From positions 32,304 to 96,303 of IMG/VR virus record IMGVR_UViG_3300025012_000049: DNA of 64,000 nucleotides; one strand, given 5' to 3'. The notes under the pieces are model-generated. The model was given only the letters and a program-made list of their open reading frames with translations. It was not told the origin of the DNA and did no database searches. The stretch comes from a virus. Both the position numbers and the translations under genes were made by a program. Of the stretch, positions 37,158-45,749 are shown one piece after another. How positions within the stretch are numbered: position 1 is the stretch's first letter; the number at the start of each line of letters is the position of its first letter.

Positions 37158-38957
37158 TCAATTCAATTTAAGTTTCCTACCCCCAACAGCCTTGTTATCG
37201 GTTTTAGGTTTCAATTGAATCTTTTTCCTAATTGCACCATCTTTACTACTAGCAGCACGGAACTGTTTAGCTTTCTTTCTGATTTCATCCATATCATCTT
37301 TTCGGAAATCTGCCAATAAAGGAATATTATTCATAGCAGTTTCCAAATCATCGAAATGAGAATCTTTAGCCAATTGTTCAATTTCTGCACCTGTCCATTG
37401 TTCCTCAGCTAATTCTTTACAGAATTCTTCATTTACTGGTAGTTTTGCATGATAACGTCTATTCATAATTTCAAGGATAAATTTAATTTCATTGGCATTA
37501 GGAGTATCTACAAACCATAGAGAATCCCACCTACCTGAACGCATAAATTCAACAGGTAATTTTGATAAATCATTTGCCGTGGCTACAATAATACCGTCTG
37601 ATGTACGATCATTCAACCATGTAAGAATTGTACCAAATAAACCTTGACTAACTCCTGAATCAAGATTTTGTCCTCCTGCTCCTGCAAGCGCTTTATCCAC
37701 CTCCAAATGTTACGGAATAACCGTTTCCGTTATTCCTCTTATAGTTTCCTATAAGTTCAGACTATATCTTTAATTACCTTTTATTTCGGCAATTACTCCC
37801 CATTTCGGATTCACTTGAATCCTACTCCGTATGGATAGTCGTTGAACCTTCACCATTTTAAAGGTGCTTGGCTGCTGATTGCCCAATCCAATCAATTCTC
37901 AAACATTCACGCTTACTGTTTCCAGTTACGTTGTAGTTTGATTGGCTCTAAGGGGTTTCCAGCAATTAAGGGAGTTTTAGATCGACAAGGTTGCTTTTTT
38001 ATCGATCAGAATGATTGCCTTGCCGAACGCATCAATTGTTTTACAAGCTAATCTTACATTTTTTTCTGTCTCCCCAACAATACCACCTTTCATTGCTCCA
38101 ATGTCTAATTGAATAAGCGGCCAATCAAAAATTGATGCTAAGCATTTAGCAGAAAGTGACTTACCCGTCCCGCTTAATCCGGCAAGAAGTAATGAACGCA
38201 ATTTTGGTTTATTACTACCATCAACAAAAGCTTCCTTTCTTTTGAAGACATATTCTTTCAATTTATCCAAACCACCAAGATTTTCAATTGGTTCAGGATT
38301 CATAAAATCCATAAATCCAGTGGATTTTATAATTTGTCGTTTCCTGTCAAGAATAGATTTAATATCAAATCGTTTATATTCAATCAATGACAGGGATAAA
38401 GCATTTTCAATTTCTTCATTGGATAATCCAAGACAGGCAGAAATAACTTCATCAGAATAGGAAAAATCAAATTGATCTTTTACCTTTTCATAATTTTCAG
38501 ATTGTTTAAAATCTTCTTCTGCTGATTTAGAAATGGTACTGACAATCAGTTTTACTTCTTCCTTATCAGGTAAATTAAATTGAATAATAGGAATAAGTTC
38601 TTTAAGAACAGTTGGAATTTTATTAGGGGTATGACCGACAATTACCAAACAAACTTGATTAGCTTTACACAATTCATAATTATTCAGGAACATTTGAATA
38701 ATTGTAGGATTTTCTAAAAAGAAATCATAATTTTCCAGAATGATTGCTTTTTGTTGTAATTCAGTTGCTTTCTGAAGAATAGATAGTTGGTCAGCATCTT
38801 CTGATTGACTATCAATGGTTAAACCTGAAACCATATTCCATTCAATTTTTTCAAATGGTGGTTTTACCGTAATGGATTTAACTGCACGTTTAATTTCTAA
38901 TGCTTCTACATATAGTGCAGCATATCCAGCGGAAAGATATTTACTAATATCTGACAT
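37158..38957 (-). CDS. Ycf46-like AAA+ ATPase, join(38001..38957, 37158..37703), about 500 aa after splicing
   Basis: Walker A GLSGTGKS; Walker B ILID/EVDK restored by splicing; ATAN sensor; PVEFMRSGRWD arginine finger. Confidence 0.9.
37704..38000 (-). ncRNA. Group I self-splicing intron (297 nt, no ORF)
   Basis: P AATTGCTGGAAA, Q AATCAGCAG, R GTTCAACGACTA, S AAGATATAGTCT; exon ends in U, intron ends in G; IGS TTGTCGAT pairs the 5' exon ATCGAT and ACCTT pairs the 3' exon GAGGT. Confidence 0.93.
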
Positions 38958-38977
38958 TTTGTTTCTCCTTTCTTTGA

Positions 38978-39172
38978 TTAAGAGTCTTTTCTATGATTAT
39001 AATATGTTTCCAAGTTGTATAATCTCCTACGTATTTCATTTTTAAACAAATTAAATTCATCACCAAAATAAAGTAAACTATCAAGCAAATTGCGATAGAA
39101 TTTAATAGCTTCATCTAATTCACTATCAGATAGTATACCGTCATTAATTTTCTCCATTAATTCTCTTGTCAT
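38978..39172 (-). CDS. Hypothetical protein
   Basis: AAAGGAG RBS, ATG 39172. Confidence 0.55.
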   Translation of the reverse strand: MTRELMEKINDGILSDSELDEAIKFYRNLLDSLLYFGDEFNLFKNEIRRRLYNLETYYNHRKDS

Positions 39173-39192
39173 TTTATTTCTCCTTTCTTTGG

Positions 39193-39429
39193 TTAAAAGT
39201 CTTTCGGATAAATCCAAATCATATTACTTGCTCTTGGTTCAATAGTAATTGAATCACCACCAGAAATTTCAATCACATCCTTTTTATCCCTTTGCAATAA
39301 CATTACACTTATTTTTTTTCTATTATTTTCTTTATCAAACACAAAATGGATATTAGTTCTTTCTGCCAAAAATATTTTGTCACTTTTCAAATCCCAAGGA
39401 GAAGTAAGATAAATATTGCTTTCTTCCAT
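39193..39429 (-). CDS. Hypothetical protein
   Basis: ITIEPRASN motif; coding strand. Confidence 0.45.
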   Translation of the reverse strand: MEESNIYLTSPWDLKSDKIFLAERTNIHFVFDKENNRKKISVMLLQRDKKDVIEISGGDSITIEPRASNMIWIYPKDF

Positions 39430-39548
39430 TTCACCCCTATAAAATTTAATTTTTTTTCCAATACAGTTATTTTATTATTTAATTTTTCCAACTCCTCCCG
39501 CACCCATTTAGGTAATTTATTAATATCTTCATTTGCTTTTCTACTCAT
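39387..39548 (-). CDS. Hypothetical small protein
   Basis: AAAGGAG RBS, ATG 39548; KLPKWVR motif. Confidence 0.45.
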   Translation of the reverse strand: MSRKANEDINKLPKWVREELEKLNNKITVLEKKLNFIGVKWKKAIFILLLLGI

Positions 39549-39549
39549 T

Positions 39550-39834
39550 TTATTTCTCCTTTCTTTGGTAATTAAAATCAATAATATGTCTTTTTCCTTT
39601 TGGGTAGATAAAACGCATAATAAAAATACCCTTTCCCTTTTCAACAAGATTATCTAATTTTCTACATTGTTTAATAGCTGATTTAAAAGTTTTACAATTT
39701 CTATGTGAAGAATAACCTTTGTGGTTTTCTTCACCATATTTGGGATCATCCATAAGTAACCATTTTTTATATTTATGACAATACATTACAGAATCAAAAC
39801 AACCAACTAAATAACGTATATTTTTTCCTTTCAT
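39550..39834 (-). CDS. Hypothetical protein
   Basis: AAGGAG RBS. Confidence 0.5.
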   Translation of the reverse strand: MKGKNIRYLVGCFDSVMYCHKYKKWLLMDDPKYGEENHKGYSSHRNCKTFKSAIKQCRKLDNLVEKGKGIFIMRFIYPKGKRHIIDFNYQRKEK

Positions 39835-39838
39835 ATTT

Positions 39839-40036
39839 TTATTTCTCCTTTCTGCCAGCGTAAAAACCAGCCATAAAGATATATTCCAATTGTTTGTTTT
39901 TATCCATGATGTTTAAATGATCTTTATTCATTTTAAAGAAATATTCTTTAGCTTTAAATCCTTGTTGATAATCATCCAATGTCAAATTTTCCTCTTTATA
40001 TTTTATTTTTAAATTATACCTTTTGAATTTATTCAT
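39839..40036 (-). CDS. Hypothetical protein
   Basis: ATGA overlap with the polymerase C-part. Confidence 0.5.
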   Translation of the reverse strand: MNKFKRYNLKIKYKEENLTLDDYQQGFKAKEYFFKMNKDHLNIMDKNKQLEYIFMAGFYAGRKEK

Positions 40037-42258
40037 ACATATTTAAACTCCCAATCTTTTAATTGATATGGTTTATCTTCTTTATCTTTTTTACCAGCTA
40101 ATATTTTAGCAATTAAACCAGTATCCATTCCCATTACCTCAGTAAAACCATGTAAGAATTTCTCTTTGAATACTTCTTCACTAGGTATATGTCTTGCTTC
40201 AAATAATTTATTTTCCAATTTTAAATCCAGCCAATTACTATCTGACAGCTCCCATTCTGCTTCCAACTTAACCTTTCCTAACCATTTAAACATGGGTTTG
40301 ATAGTCATACAACCTTCAACCAAATCCATGACTTGTTCAGCTTCATTTTTAAAGATATTGAAATAACCAGAGTCATGAATCTGACCAACAACTTTACTTC
40401 TCAAATCTAATTCTCGCATTTTGTTTTCTGTTTCAATCAAGGAATGTAGCAGCAAATGAAATGAGGTTGATTGTATTGGAAAATTAATAATCTCATTACG
40501 TTTCATTGGATAACGTCTTCTGAAGCCCAATGGATTTTCCACATAACCTAAATCATAATAACTATCAACAATCCATTTTTGCCATTCTTCCACACCACTA
40601 TAACGTTTATAAAAAACTTTTTGGCATTCAGTAATGTGTTGTTCTGAATAATCCTTAAAGAAATCACTCCAAGATTTATCAAATCCTTTTACCTGTTTGG
40701 CTTTTTGAAAAGCTTTCTTTACATATTCTACATAGAAATCAGATTTCCTGAATTCCTCTGCCATGGAAATTGAACTGGCACCAAACAAATTAGCAAAAGT
40801 AAAATTATTCTTGGCAAGAAATCTTTCATCCTTATGGGTTGCTTTTATTTCATCGACTGATTTGTTAATACCAAAAATAACTCCTGCCCAATGGGAATGT
40901 TGGTCATAACCATTATTTAAATCTTCAATTAATTGGTCGTCTTCTGATATAGCGGCAGCTACTTTAACTTCAGCACCAACATAATCGACCTCTCCAAGCA
41001 TCCCCTCTTGGAGATTTAATTGATAATTCCCACATTGATACTGTTTATAAAATTCAATTCTGGTAAAAATTTTTCTGATATTATGCCAAGGAACACCATT
41101 AATAATATCACCATGTTTTGGTATGGTGTTATGTACCACAATATTGTTTGCTACAAAAGAGTGTGAATCTTCAATTGTTAAATCAAAAGTCTCACACTCA
41201 CCGGCAGGAATAATACTTACAATTTCTTTTTCTTCAAACGCTTGTAAGTTGGCCGATACATTTTCATTAATGCTTCCCTCATTGATAAACCAATTGATAG
41301 ACGGTAATGAAATCTCCCTGTTGATATGCCATACTCTCTTGCCCAATCTGCCAATGATTGTGTTTTTCCTAAATAAGTTAAAAGTCTTTTTACTCTTCGA
41401 TTGTCTGCTTGCATTTTTGGGGTTGCCCAACAACAATTCTTTGGTGAATAATTGCCATTTACATTTATTCGTTCTATTGACCAACCCTTTTCTGGTTTTT
41501 CTCCCATATCTTTTAGAAAAAATCTGAATTTGTGCCATCTTGTGCAAACTTTTATTCCTCTTCCCCCGTATCGTGGATAATCTTTGCTTGTTTTGCTGTT
41601 GCATCTGTTTTTCATTGCTGCCCAACTGTAATAAGTTGGGCTTGTATAATTCTTTGTTCTGTGACCTAAACTCATAACAAATATCTCCTTTAAGTAATTG
41701 GTCTGTACGAACCCATCCACGTTTTGTTAGATATGGATGATTTTCCGTACTTGTTACCATATTACCACTTTCAGAAGATACGGCAAACACCTTTTTTATT
41801 CCATTACGATACACACCAATAATTTTTTTCCAAGAACCATCATGAGTAAGAACTTCAAATTGTTCATTATTTTCATATCTTTTTACAATTTCCTCAATTG
41901 CAATATTTCCTTTATTTGTTAATACTAATACACCCCCTTTAAGGCATTGGAAGAGAGTAGCAGAACTTCTATATGTACGAGTAGAATGCAACCAAAAATC
42001 AGTATGAAAGAAAATATCTGATTCATTAGCAATAAGTCTACGAAAACCTTTCACATAGGTATTCTTGGCTTTTTTCAATTTTCTTGCATTAATCAATAAT
42101 TTACAAAACTCAACATTTTCCTTTTCTGCGTAATGTAACAATACATCTTCTGCTACCGAATAATTACCCTTATCATTTTTCCCTTTAGTTGGTTTCAATT
42201 CAAGAAATTCAAAGAGAAATTGCTGCATTTGTACAGGGCTGGCAATATTGAAAATCAT
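40033..42258 (-). CDS. Family A DNA polymerase, C-terminal (polymerase) part, intein-containing
   Basis: FNIASPVQ, RSS..FQ/TIP, motif A EVDYVGAEVK, motif B RFLAKNNFTFANLFG, NFPIQST, motif C QIHDS. Confidence 0.9.
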   Translation of the reverse strand: MIFNIASPVQMQQFLFEFLELKPTKGKNDKGNYSVAEDVLLHYAEKENVEFCKLLINARKLKKAKNTYVKGFRRLIANESDIFFHTDFWLHSTRTYRSSATLFQCLKGGVLVLTNKGNIAIEEIVKRYENNEQFEVLTHDGSWKKIIGVYRNGIKKVFAVSSESGNMVTSTENHPYLTKRGWVRTDQLLKGDICYEFRSQNKELYKPNLLQLGSNEKQMQQQNKQRLSTIRGKRNKSLHKMAQIQIFSKRYGRKTRKGLVNRTNKCKWQLFTKELLLGNPKNASRQSKSKKTFNLFRKNTIIGRLGKRVWHINREISLPSINWFINEGSINENVSANLQAFEEKEIVSIIPAGECETFDLTIEDSHSFVANNIVVHNTIPKHGDIINGVPWHNIRKIFTRIEFYKQYQCGNYQLNLQEGMLGEVDYVGAEVKVAAAISEDDQLIEDLNNGYDQHSHWAGVIFGINKSVDEIKATHKDERFLAKNNFTFANLFGASSISMAEEFRKSDFYVEYVKKAFQKAKQVKGFDKSWSDFFKDYSEQHITECQKVFYKRYSGVEEWQKWIVDSYYDLGYVENPLGFRRRYPMKRNEIINFPIQSTSFHLLLHSLIETENKMRELDLRSKVVGQIHDSGYFNIFKNEAEQVMDLVEGCMTIKPMFKWLGKVKLEAEWELSDSNWLDLKLENKLFEARHIPSEEVFKEKFLHGFTEVMGMDTGLIAKILAGKKDKEDKPYQLKDWEFKYV
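41128..41946 (-). mobile_element. Intein (273 aa) in the DNA polymerase
   Basis: Starts CLKGGVLVLT; block B STENHPY; ends TFDLTIEDSHSFVANNIVVHN/T; exteins join as SSATLFQ-TIPKHG. Confidence 0.92.
41217..41675 (-). CDS. HNH homing endonuclease nested out of frame within the intein
   Basis: AAAGGAG RBS before ATG 41675; TYYSWAAMKNRC, YGGRGIKVC, SIERINVNGNYSPKNCCWAT; C-terminal HTH-like segment. Confidence 0.88.
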   Translation of the reverse strand: MSLGHRTKNYTSPTYYSWAAMKNRCNSKTSKDYPRYGGRGIKVCTRWHKFRFFLKDMGEKPEKGWSIERINVNGNYSPKNCCWATPKMQADNRRVKRLLTYLGKTQSLADWAREYGISTGRFHYRLSIGLSMREALMKMYRPTYKRLKKKKL

Positions 42259-42614
42259 GATGATACACCCAATCTTTTAACAATTTTATTTTCAAAAACA
42301 GTATATTTAAAACCAAATAATGTATCCTCTATTGAATAAGTCCAACACATGCCATCATACTCTGGTTCTTCCATTATTTCATAAATCAAATCAGAATTTG
42401 GCATGTTATGTATTTTAATAATATCTCCTTTTTTAAATTCAGGTTCCGTTTTTTTCCAGTTTTTATCTTCTTGAAAATGAATATTATCAATTAATCCATT
42501 TTTATTATCTCTACATTGACATGGTTCAAAAGTTATTTTAATTTCTTGTGTTTTATTTTCAACACTATATTTTAATTCTTGTAAGCAAAAAGGGCATTCA
42601 ACTATCAGTCTCAT
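42255..42614 (-). CDS. Hypothetical protein (zinc ribbon + SH3-like)
   Basis: CPFC...PCQC; FKKGDII; coupled to the polymerase C-part. Confidence 0.5.
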   Translation of the reverse strand: MRLIVECPFCLQELKYSVENKTQEIKITFEPCQCRDNKNGLIDNIHFQEDKNWKKTEPEFKKGDIIKIHNMPNSDLIYEIMEEPEYDGMCWTYSIEDTLFGFKYTVFENKIVKRLGVSS

Positions 42615-42615
42615 G

Positions 42616-43593
42616 TTATTTACTCCTTAAAGAAATACGTTTTGGTTTAGTTCTTTTCAATTTGTATCTTTTTGGTAATGTTGATGGAATTTCTAAATAA
42701 TCAAGAACTTTTTGTATTCCAAGATTCTCCATACAATATTTATGTAATTGTGGGTGTATTTTTCTCATTATATGAAATCTATTAATTTTTTCCATATGAA
42801 TGCCAAACATACAAAACATACAGCCAGTTCTTCCAATTCCTTTTTTATAAATATCTGCATAAGGTAAATTATTTGTATGGATGTATTTCCAAATGTCTTT
42901 TTCTGTAAAAATAGACAATGGTTTACTTTGTGGTTTGTTTAGTGTGAAACTATTGCATCCATATTCTTTCCATTGACCCAAACGAACACCACTATCATCG
43001 GTCATTGTCCCTATATATGGTTTTCTATTTGTTTGTTTTTCATATATATATATAGGTTTCTTTTTTATCCAGTCACAACAGTATTCACTTATTTTAAATG
43101 GTGCTATTAATAGTTTATGCCACTTATCAGACAACTTAGCTCTCTGTTTATATACACCTTTATTCCATCCAGTTAAATGATATTTGCTAATATTTGAATT
43201 GGGATTGTGTCTTATTTTCCTTATTCTTAAAGAAACTTCTTTACTTATTACTGGATAACCATATTCTTCAATTACTTGTTTGAAATTCTTTTTAGGTTTA
43301 ACCCACATAACATTATCAAATGTTTTAACAAACTCTCTGATTTCAGGCCATTCAAGACCAGTATCAGAAAATACAGCAGGAACATCTGGATAAATTTGTC
43401 TAACCAAATGCAATAAAACTGTTGAATCTTTTCCACCAGAAAAAGAAACATATACATTTCCATTCCAATATTCATACCACTCTTTGATTTTCTCTTGTGC
43501 ATAAAGTACCTTTGTTTCTAATGATAAAGATTGTAAAAGTTTTAAATCTTGGTATGTTCTTTTTTGTTTTCTTTTTAGTTTGTGTTTTATCAT
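42616..43593 (-). CDS. PAPS-reductase-family (PP-loop, Fe-S) protein
   Basis: SFSGGKDS, DTGLE, CC and RTGCMFC motifs. Confidence 0.85.
   Translation of the reverse strand: MIKHKLKRKQKRTYQDLKLLQSLSLETKVLYAQEKIKEWYEYWNGNVYVSFSGGKDSTVLLHLVRQIYPDVPAVFSDTGLEWPEIREFVKTFDNVMWVKPKKNFKQVIEEYGYPVISKEVSLRIRKIRHNPNSNISKYHLTGWNKGVYKQRAKLSDKWHKLLIAPFKISEYCCDWIKKKPIYIYEKQTNRKPYIGTMTDDSGVRLGQWKEYGCNSFTLNKPQSKPLSIFTEKDIWKYIHTNNLPYADIYKKGIGRTGCMFCMFGIHMEKINRFHIMRKIHPQLHKYCMENLGIQKVLDYLEIPSTLPKRYKLKRTKPKRISLRSK
42623..42648. repeat. 26-bp direct repeat, copy 2 (copy 1 at 43775..43800)
   Basis: CTCCTTAAAGAAATACGTTTTGGTTT identical at both sites. Confidence 0.85.
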
Positions 43594-43766
43594 ACAATTA
43601 TATCTTCTACTCTTAAAATATCACAAGTATCAAAGGTTAAATTGTACCCTTTAATTGTTCTTACATATAAATTATCTTCATTTCCATCCAACAGCAACTC
43701 ACAAATAAACTCATCATTATTATTCATGATTACTTTAAATTTTAATTGTTCCATAAGTTTTTCCAT
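43590..43766 (-). CDS. Small hypothetical protein (58 aa, not in ORF track)
   Basis: AAGGAG RBS; MEKLMEQLKFKVIM...; ATGA overlap with the PAPS-like gene. Confidence 0.55.
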   Translation of the reverse strand: MEKLMEQLKFKVIMNNNDEFICELLLDGNEDNLYVRTIKGYNLTFDTCDILRVEDIIV

Positions 43767-43767
43767 C

Positions 43768-45390
43768 TTATCTTCTCCTTAAAGAAATACGTTTTGGTTT
43801 TTCAAAACATAAAGATTGTAAATCTTTTTCCTCTTTCTTCTTTTTAGTCTTTCCTGTTTTGTTCTCAAGGTATTTGTTAAACTCAATAACTTCAGGCATT
43901 GATTCAATTTCTGCTTCAATTCGTTCTATTTCTTTATCCAGAAACTTTTCAAATTCATTCAATTCCTGTTCACCAATATTGATTCCCCTTTGGGTCATAT
44001 CAGCAAACAACATATGACCATCATATAAGAATTCATAATTTTCCTTGGCTTTGGGATATATATCAAATAAGTCTTTTCGAAACAATAAAAAATTATTAAA
44101 TGTAGTGATAACGTCTAAAGCATTGTATTGAATCATATCTTCTTTTGGTGCTTCTCGAATCTTATTTACTTTTTCAAAGGTATAGTTACCAACATCATCA
44201 TTATCTTCCTCTTCTGAATCATTATCTTCTTTATCAATGGATTTTTTACTGGTTTCCAAATATTTCTTAATAGTCTCATTATATGGTGGAATTCCAAACC
44301 TTACCAAGTTCTGAAAATCCAAGGAAGTACAACCTTCCCGCTCATCAATAACATGGGTTGCCAACATGGTACAAAACATATTTTCAATTCTTTTAATTTT
44401 AAAAATAAACCGACTGGCTAAATCTTCAAATTTACTATTTTGAATAACTTTACAAATATTTTTATTGGTTAGTAATTTCTGCATTTGCAAATGAAACCAT
44501 ATTTCTATTTTCTTATCCTTCTTCCAAAAATCCTCATGGAATACCCATGCACTTTGCTTATTAGCAAAGGCAATATAGATTATTTCAAAGTAATGGTCAT
44601 AAGGAAACAGATTAGTGGTTTCATAGTCTAAAGCAATCTCTTTACATTGGTTCCATAAATTAAATAATTGCTTGGCTTCTTTTACTGTTTTAACTTCGGT
44701 AATAGTTATACCTTCAAGTATTTTCCGTTCCTGCAATATTTTTTTGACTTCGGTACGTTTGTAGGCAATTTTATTCCAAAACTTAAAAATTCTTTCCAAG
44801 TCACGTTTGTAAGTATGTTGATAATAATAATTCAATTCATCAATACCGTTTTTCTTACTATACATTTCCCGATTGTAAGGATCATAAACTGGAAATACCA
44901 AACAATTATATTCATAATTAGGTATAATTCTATTTCTAAGTTTGGAAATGGCATATTTATTTTTCAGGTTGAATAAATATTTAAATGCCATTTCACCACA
45001 ACAAATAATCAATTTAGGTTTTAACTCTTTAAGACGTGCATCCAAAATACTTTGACAGCATTTAAAATGTGTATCCGAGGTTTTCTTTTTGGAAGGATTA
45101 TAGCAAGAGACAGCATGAAGCATTGCCGATTGTTTGGCTAGATTGATACCAAATTTAATAGCAATACTTCTGAGAATTTTAGATCGTGAATCAGCAAATG
45201 GTTTGCCTTTTTCATCATCTTCTTTGGATACCTTTTGGCCCAATATAATTAATCCATCATATTGTGGTCCTTGATATATTTCCAATACTGGATTATCAAT
45301 CTTATTATTTTTCAAACCACATTTATTACAATCAAATTTTGAATTGTTAGTTTTTTTATTTAATGATGGTATTGGAAAATAAAAAGACAT
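43768..45390 (-). CDS. Family A DNA polymerase, N-terminal part: UDG-like domain + 3'-5' exonuclease
   Basis: CNKC...GKPF...SC...C family 4 UDG-like pattern; Exo I LDYETT, Exo II QNSKFE, Exo III YNALD; MTQRGI. Confidence 0.85.
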   Translation of the reverse strand: MSFYFPIPSLNKKTNNSKFDCNKCGLKNNKIDNPVLEIYQGPQYDGLIILGQKVSKEDDEKGKPFADSRSKILRSIAIKFGINLAKQSAMLHAVSCYNPSKKKTSDTHFKCCQSILDARLKELKPKLIICCGEMAFKYLFNLKNKYAISKLRNRIIPNYEYNCLVFPVYDPYNREMYSKKNGIDELNYYYQHTYKRDLERIFKFWNKIAYKRTEVKKILQERKILEGITITEVKTVKEAKQLFNLWNQCKEIALDYETTNLFPYDHYFEIIYIAFANKQSAWVFHEDFWKKDKKIEIWFHLQMQKLLTNKNICKVIQNSKFEDLASRFIFKIKRIENMFCTMLATHVIDEREGCTSLDFQNLVRFGIPPYNETIKKYLETSKKSIDKEDNDSEEEDNDDVGNYTFEKVNKIREAPKEDMIQYNALDVITTFNNFLLFRKDLFDIYPKAKENYEFLYDGHMLFADMTQRGINIGEQELNEFEKFLDKEIERIEAEIESMPEVIEFNKYLENKTGKTKKKKEEKDLQSLCFEKPKRISLRRR

Positions 45391-45414
45391 TATATTAATT
45401 CCTTAGTTAATTAA

Positions 45415-45501
45415 TGGTGGGAGCGGCGGATCACGATCCCGCAATCCTCAAGGGCGACGGCTTTTAAGGCCGTAGTGTATTTCCAGTTCCACCACGCTCC
45501 C
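45415..45501 (-). tRNA. tRNA-Leu (anticodon TAA), encoded CCA
   Basis: GGGAGCG/CGCTCCC acceptor; ACGGC-CTTAAAA-GCCGT anticodon arm; long variable arm; atypical T-loop. Confidence 0.85.
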
Positions 45502-45515
45502 ATATTTATTTAAAT

Positions 45516-45728
45516 TTAATCAAGGCAAGGTTTAAAGCCAATAATTCTTGGTTCCTGATTTTCTCTTATTTCTTTTAAATTAACCTTGGTAACTCCCACC
45601 GCTTTTATTTCATCATTATCAATACATTCAATTAGATCAGCCACAATCATTTTAGCTCTAATTCTAGCATCAACATCATCAACGGCAATAACGGGAATAT
45701 AAACCTGCAACATATAATTCTTATCCAT
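45516..45728 (-). CDS. Hypothetical protein between tRNAs
   Basis: AAAGGA RBS. Confidence 0.5.
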   Translation of the reverse strand: MDKNYMLQVYIPVIAVDDVDARIRAKMIVADLIECIDNDEIKAVGVTKVNLKEIRENQEPRIIGFKPCLD

Positions 45729-45749
45729 TTATATTCATCCTTTATTTAA

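Noticed and set aside
37842-38051. Plus-strand 69-aa ORF and the TTG start of ORF 37158..37706
   Set aside because: Both are explained by the intron: the TTG is its last three bases and the + ORF is antisense to its core
42616-43593. Phosphorothioation (Dnd) or sulfate-assimilation system
   Set aside because: Only a lone PAPS-reductase-family gene; no desulfurase, DndD/E or cys pathway partners in the window
42259-43767. Intron or split intein joining the polymerase halves
   Set aside because: No group I/II core elements seen; neither fragment end has intein block motifs; the gap is filled by coupled ORFs
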